A stretch of 63,260 nucleotides of DNA, filler included, from Cercozoa sp. M6MM (taxonomy: Eukaryota > Protista > Endomyxa: Ascetosporea): assembly GCA_040357565.1 (NCBI GenBank). It is 9 parts of 9 records of this genome, joined end to end, with 100 filler letters (N's around TTAATTAATTAA, not from the genome) between each part and the next. Parts side by side here need not be neighbours in the genome. Positions count along the whole stretch, not along the records: positions 31,167 to 46,065 come from JBDODJ010000317.1; positions 46,166 to 63,260 come from JBDODJ010000272.1; 7 more parts are not named here. One strand, written 5' to 3'. Of this stretch, positions 37,136 through 63,260 are shown one piece after another (within the stretch, counting starts at the first letter, position 1; every line of letters starts with the position of its first letter). Position numbers and translations under genes: made by a program. The notes beneath the pieces are model-generated. The model searched no databases. It saw only the letters and a program-made list of their open reading frames with translations, and was not told the DNA's origin.

Positions 37136-37426
37136 CCGGTCGTCATCGATCCTGTCAGGCCAGCCAGAGTAGCTCCCAGGCCTCACTTTCGTTTCCTCCC
37201 TCGTCTTCGTTTTTGTTTTACGGCGTCGTAGTTATTTATTTATTCACTGATCTATGCTCTTGCATGCACGCAAGTTAATAACTATATTAGCGCTGTGGAC
37301 GGACCTTGCACGCACGTGCGGTGTGGTGCTTGATTTTTGTTCCACTCTGCACTCAACCGTGACCGTCCAATATCATAAAACGTGTAGATGAGCAGCGTGG
37401 CCGTGTGTTGACTCATTAAAAGGTTA

Positions 37427-38145
37427 ATGAAGCCACGGAAACGGTACTCTTAGTGTTGGATCCAACATTTGTTTTGTGCCTTTTTCGCTGCGTTTCTCCG
37501 CTGCGCCAATAAAGCTGTGTCGTTGCTGCGCAGTCGCCGAATCGTGGCAGAGCCGACGACGCCCGACTCGGATGGGTCGGTGCAGCGCAGAGCCAGCGGG
37601 ATATTCGGCACTGATGTGGAGACAGGCAGTGTCCGTGCAGTCGGTGGCGATGACAGTGAGGCCGACAATAGGACGGAGAGGAGTGCCCTGCAGGTGGCGT
37701 GTGCTCTCGTCGCCAGTGGTACAAGTGCAGTCATTGTAGTAGTTGTTGTTGTTGTGGTTGTTGTTGTTGTTGTTAAGGTGTTGCTGTAGGTGCATTGTCG
37801 CACGCGCATCCAGACGATGTGTACGACGCACTGGGCACTGTGCTGACACAGCCTAGCATGGTGTGTCTGTGTGTCTCTGTGTGTCTGTGTCTGTGTATCT
37901 GTGTCTATGTATCTGTAGTGTATGTTGATTGCTGGGTATTCACATACACAAACACACAAACAGAGAGAGGACGAGGTGCGGCAGTGTCTGCAGCGACACG
38001 TGTCAGAGTCGGCGAGTATCGAAACCGATGCGGCAGCGGCGGCCTCACACGACAATTGCGACGACTCCGAGGATATTGGTAGCATGTATTTCATCTATAT
38101 GTGTCTCTATCTATCCACATGTATGTATACATGTATTTGTATGTA

Positions 38146-38192
<47 letters not shown>

Positions 38193-40715
38193 CTATTATC
38201 TGTCTATCTATCTGACTATCTGTCTATCTGTCTGTCTGTCTTTTGTCTCTCTGTCTGTCTGTCTATCTGTCTATCTGTCTCTATGTCTCTATGTCTATCG
38301 ATCTATCTTTCTGTCTGTCTATCGTTCTGTCTCTCTAAATATAATCTGTATACTGCAGAAGAGGACGAGCCAATCGCAAGCGACGATTCTCTCGTCGACT
38401 TTATCGAGTTCGGAGGTACTGCCACCCGACCCCAAAAGATGTTAGGTGTAGAGGTAAGTACACTCACAACGCCACACGCTGCACAGAGGACAAGGGCGCT
38501 GGCTACGCGCAAGTCCGTCAGTGGGCCACGTCACTTACGCAGAGGGCAGGTGGGTTCAACTGGTCTCACTGACTCTAGTCACTGATGTGTGTGTGTGTGT
38601 GTGTGTGTATGTGTGCTCAGAGGAGACACGTTGCGACTTGGCGCGTCACCTGGCGACGTTTGGCGTCGATTCCGATGACAGCGATTTTTGTTCACGTACA
38701 CTACACACTCTATGTGTATCTGTGTGTGTATTTTGTTAGGTGTATCTATCCTAATATATGCTCAGACGATAAGGACGCCGACGACACCGACAGCGAGAAC
38801 GACACCGACATCGACGGAAACGAAGTTCGCGTATGCTTCCTCCTGGCGACCATGCACATACTGAGATTGATGGAACTCTTGACAGGACTTGAAACGGCAC
38901 ACACCGCGACATCTGGCACCACGCAGACGGCGATGCGTGCCGGTGCCTGTTCCAATGCCGCTCATGCAACAACAACAACAGCAACAACAACAGTTAAAGC
39001 AAGACGAGCAGGATCAATTCCGAACGCCTGTGCGAACGAAGCGACGAAAACAAGCGTCGCCGCTGGCTTCGCTGGCTGCTCTGTGGACGCCAGTGTCCCA
39101 AACGCACTCTTACACTGGTACAATAACCCAAGTATATTCCTAAAGACAGGCTATGCTGTTTCCGATGACTTAATGCAGTCACGCCGCGGAAAACACACGG
39201 AACACCTCGAAGTTCGCTCGCTTGCATTTCCAAGAAAACCGGCAGTGGTGACAGAAGCAGTCTCAGTCAACGCGAAACCTCAGCTAGCACAAAAGCTACT
39301 CCGAAACGAAAAACTCCGCACAAAAGCCAGCCGAACCGAAAAACGAAAGCAAAAACGTCACGAAAAACAACCCCAGCAACCGAGAAGACACCATCAAGAA
39401 CGAGCCAAACGTCTCAGGGCAGCGCCCGAAAAAGACGAGCCAGAAAAACAAGAGAAACTGAGGAAACCACAGAAACGAGAAAAAGCAAAGACAAGACCAA
39501 GCGAGCGAAACTGTCGCTACACGGTGCCAAGTGGGGCACTGTTGGCCGCCAACTCTCGCTACAGGCCGCAAATGTGTCTTCTCGCGTTCCTTCTGGTACT
39601 TGTATTTTCTCGCCTGAGAAACGCCTCGCCACCAAAAACAAATACGTTTTCTGCTTGACAGGTGCGCGTTTCTTTGGTGGTTTCTTGGCCACTGCAGGTT
39701 TGTTTTGTTCTGTGTTTAAACTGTTAGTGCCTCTGATGTGCTCTGTGTGTGCAGGCTCGAAGCAACAGCTGGTGAAACCGGGTGACTGTGTGGCCGTTCG
39801 CACGCGCGAAGGCGAAGAGTTCTGCCGTGTCTTGCGTCTCTTTGTCGTACGAAGTGGGTGCGACCTTTCCTGTGCTTTGTGAGCCGTTAAAGTGACACAC
39901 ACCTCACTGCATTGCCTTGATTTGGTTTTGTTGAACCCCACAGAGGCCAGGACAAGTATCGCATGTGGATCTCGTGGTTCTACCGAGCCAAGGACATTCC
40001 TGATGACGAGGTGAGTGATGTGAAACCAGGTACTATTCAACTGGAGTACTCGTTATACCATTAGTGGTCATGGTATACTCGTGGAACAGGAGAAGTGTTT
40101 GCCTCGCGTCACATGCAGTCCCTCAGTCTGCAAAGTGTAGTCCGTGTTGTCGATATTGACAGGTACGTCACTGTCTGTTCCTCTTTCATGTGTGTGCATG
40201 AATTGAGTTGAGTGTGTTTGTTGTACAGCAAGAAACCCAGCAAGACTGACAGATTGTTTTGCAGTCGAATGTACGACCAGTTTTGCCTCAGCGGCTCCAG
40301 GATTGTGCCGCTCCTGGCACCGAAAGAATCTGCGACGAGAACGCAACAAGCACACGTTGCTGCTGCCGATGTCAAAATGGAAGAACCTCGCAGTGACGCA
40401 AAAAGCGAACCAGCCGAGTTCGACGAAGCTGCTGCTGCTGCTCAAAACGACAAGTCCAGACGGACCCCAGTCACACACAGAGGCATCAAAGCTGAGCCGT
40501 GTGACGATGATGACGATTTTGACACGAACGCTGCCGACGTCGGTCTGGGCCCGCAGGTCGTTCGCGATACGTCGCGCCAGGGTAGGACGCCAAGTGGTCT
40601 GAGGATTCAGAGCTTCGACGCACCGACCGCAGGTTCGCTGACAACTAGTGTCGAATGCCGCCTTCCTTTCCGTCCCAAGCCGAGTCGACGCAGGAGTAGC
40701 TTGTCTTTTGTCTGA
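37427..40715 (+). CDS. BAH-domain chromatin-associated protein with long acidic/basic low-complexity N-terminus
   Basis: VKPGDCVAVRT...FCRVLRLF, MWISWFYRAKDIP, EVFASRH...VVRVVDI and LFCSRMYD form a BAH domain (~39770-40280); MKPRKRRR start. Confidence 0.75.
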
Positions 40716-41009
40716 CCGACACGTGTATGACCGGACAGTCGAGTGTGGTTCGAGTTCGGTGATTGATTCGCCGTGCGTCGCGATCGAATTCCGTTCTAGC
40801 GTTCACGCCAGTTCGGGCAATGCGATGCAATGCACATGTAGTGAGTTCGGTTTCAGTCCGTTCAGTCGAGTTCACTTAGTTCAGTTCAGTTCGCTCGATT
40901 GATTCATCGTCATTCGACTCCCCCGTTTTGTTTAGTTGTCGAAGGGAGAGACGGGAGGACGACGACGGGACGACCCGACGCCGCCTGCGACGCCTCTCTA
41001 CTTGTTGCT

Positions 41010-41144
41010 CGCTACCTGCACCAACCATGAAGTCGACTTCGGTGTCTGGGGAACGTCAAAAGGGGAGTTGTATGGTCCTACCCTAAGCGGGCGGTAGACG
41101 CGGCCATGCTCTTGTGACCCACCCCAGACTGGTGCAGGGGAACT
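41010..41144 (+). ncRNA. Candidate structured RNA element, copy B (unassigned family)
   Basis: CCTGCACCA/TGGTGCAGG closing helix, core at 41018-41044, arm GTCTGGGG/CCCCAGAC enclosing GTATGGTC/GGCCATGC (G-U pairs favour + strand), tail TGCAGGGGAACT. Confidence 0.5.
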
Positions 41145-41388
41145 GCATACTTGGCTTCCTAGAAGACTCAACTAACTAACTAACTGATTCGACTCCCCGC
41201 CCACGCGTACGCACGGAAAGCGTACGGTGGGAAGTTGTCTCAGGCTGTGCTTAATGCCATTCAAGCTGAAGCTTGTTAAAGTTGTTGGGGCATGCCACTG
41301 CCAGTGGTATCATATTATTTGATTGATAAGAATCATCTGAGTGTAACATTGCCGATTCGATCGCGTCAGGCGCCGGCTCAGCGCAGTA

Positions 41389-45477
<4,089 letters not shown>

Positions 45478-45754
45478 CGGACGTCAAAGCTGCCTGCCGC
45501 TGGATTGTGTCGACGGTTTCGAGGAATAATGCCGAAAAAGATTCCCCCGTTTCTGCTTAGTCACTTAAACTCCCCTTCTCGCACTTGATGCTCTTGGCTT
45601 GCTCAAAATGAGGTATTTTAAGTGCTCTGTAGTCTCAAACGCTCTTGTCTGAGTGCACCCGTAGCCAAATTTCGGAGCGCTGACCACCTGCTAAAAAGCT
45701 GAAGTCACCGCCCAGCACGAATGCGCACGAGTGAGTGGGCCTAGGTGTGCAAAA

Positions 45755-45965
45755 ATGGGTCTTGACGCCGATCCCAAGACGCTTACGCGTTTTATTCTGA
45801 CGGAGCAGGTGCACAATGATGCAAAAAAGCAGTCTGTTCTGACCTCATTTCGTGTGTGGCTGTTTGGTGCTGTAGAGCAAGCATGCCGAAGCCAAGGGCG
45901 ACTTGACGATCCTGCTGCAGTCGGTGCAGTTGGCCTGCAAGATAGTGGCGCAGAGCTGCAAGAAG
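45755..45965 (+). CDS. FBP: Fructose-1,6-bisphosphatase class I, first two exons
   Basis: MGLDADPKTLTRFILTEQ|SKHAEAKGDLTILLQSVQLACKIVAQSCKK matches the FBPase N-terminus (TLTRF..EQ....A.GD.T.LL......K.I). Confidence 0.88.
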
Positions 45966-45995
45966 GTGTGGGGAGCATCATGTCATCTGTGTCTG

Positions 45996-46064
<69 letters not shown>

Positions 46065-46065
46065 C

Positions 46066-46165
46066 NNNNNNNNNNNNNNNNNNNNNNNNNNNNNNNNNNN
46101 NNNNNNNNNTTAATTAATTAANNNNNNNNNNNNNNNNNNNNNNNNNNNNNNNNNNNNNNNNNNNN
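46066..46165. other. Artificial contig-joining spacer
   Basis: N44-TTAATTAATTAA-N44. Confidence 0.97.
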
Positions 46166-46223
<58 letters not shown>

Positions 46224-46229
46224 AAACTA

Positions 46230-63250
<17,021 letters not shown>

Positions 63251-63260
63251 CCTTCCCTGT

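Noticed and set aside
41076-41088. CCTACCCTAA as a telomerase RNA template
   Set aside because: It sits within a predicted hairpin, is absent from copy A, and the telomere repeat of this organism is unknown
41010-41156. U1 snRNA similarity (ACCTG, ACCATGA, ACTGCATA)
   Set aside because: No ACTTACCTG 5' end, no U1-70K loop (GATCANGAAG), no U1A loop, no Sm site
41200-41231. Group II intron domain V look-alike
   Set aside because: Lacks the AGC/CGC catalytic triad at the stem base and the AC bulge

Overview
Eukaryotic, intron-rich protist-type genomic DNA (standard code, short GT-AG introns often filled with microsatellites). The window is not one locus. It is nine separate contigs/scaffolds joined by eight artificial 100-bp spacers (44 N + TTAATTAATTAA + 44 N), so adjacency across spacers has no biological meaning. 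Nearly all ORFs in the supplied track are exon fragments or repeat artefacts; genes were rebuilt by manual splicing. Genes recognised: a divergent pseudokinase, ARPC2 head-to-head with F-actin capping protein alpha, a CCCH zinc-finger/RD-repeat protein, SCOT-type CoA-transferase, an IBTK-like RCC1/BTB protein, CCDC96, pyruvate kinase, a RABL6-like GTPase, chitin synthase (apparent 1-bp frameshift just before QRRRW), a secreted Gly/Cys-rich protein, an SLC25A32-like carrier, a degenerate-NYN/CCCH/LOTUS protein, a BAH protein, an Mx-like dynamin, FBPase, and more than 17 kb of an RNF213/mysterin-like AAA+ giant. The least explained signal is a non-coding motif shared by two different contigs (about 27790-27891 and 41010-41144). 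It has a near-identical 27-nt core inside a conserved closing helix, with long hairpin arms inserted at different junctions, which suggests a dispersed structured-RNA family that I cannot assign. No database searches were run; family calls come from recalled motif knowledge.
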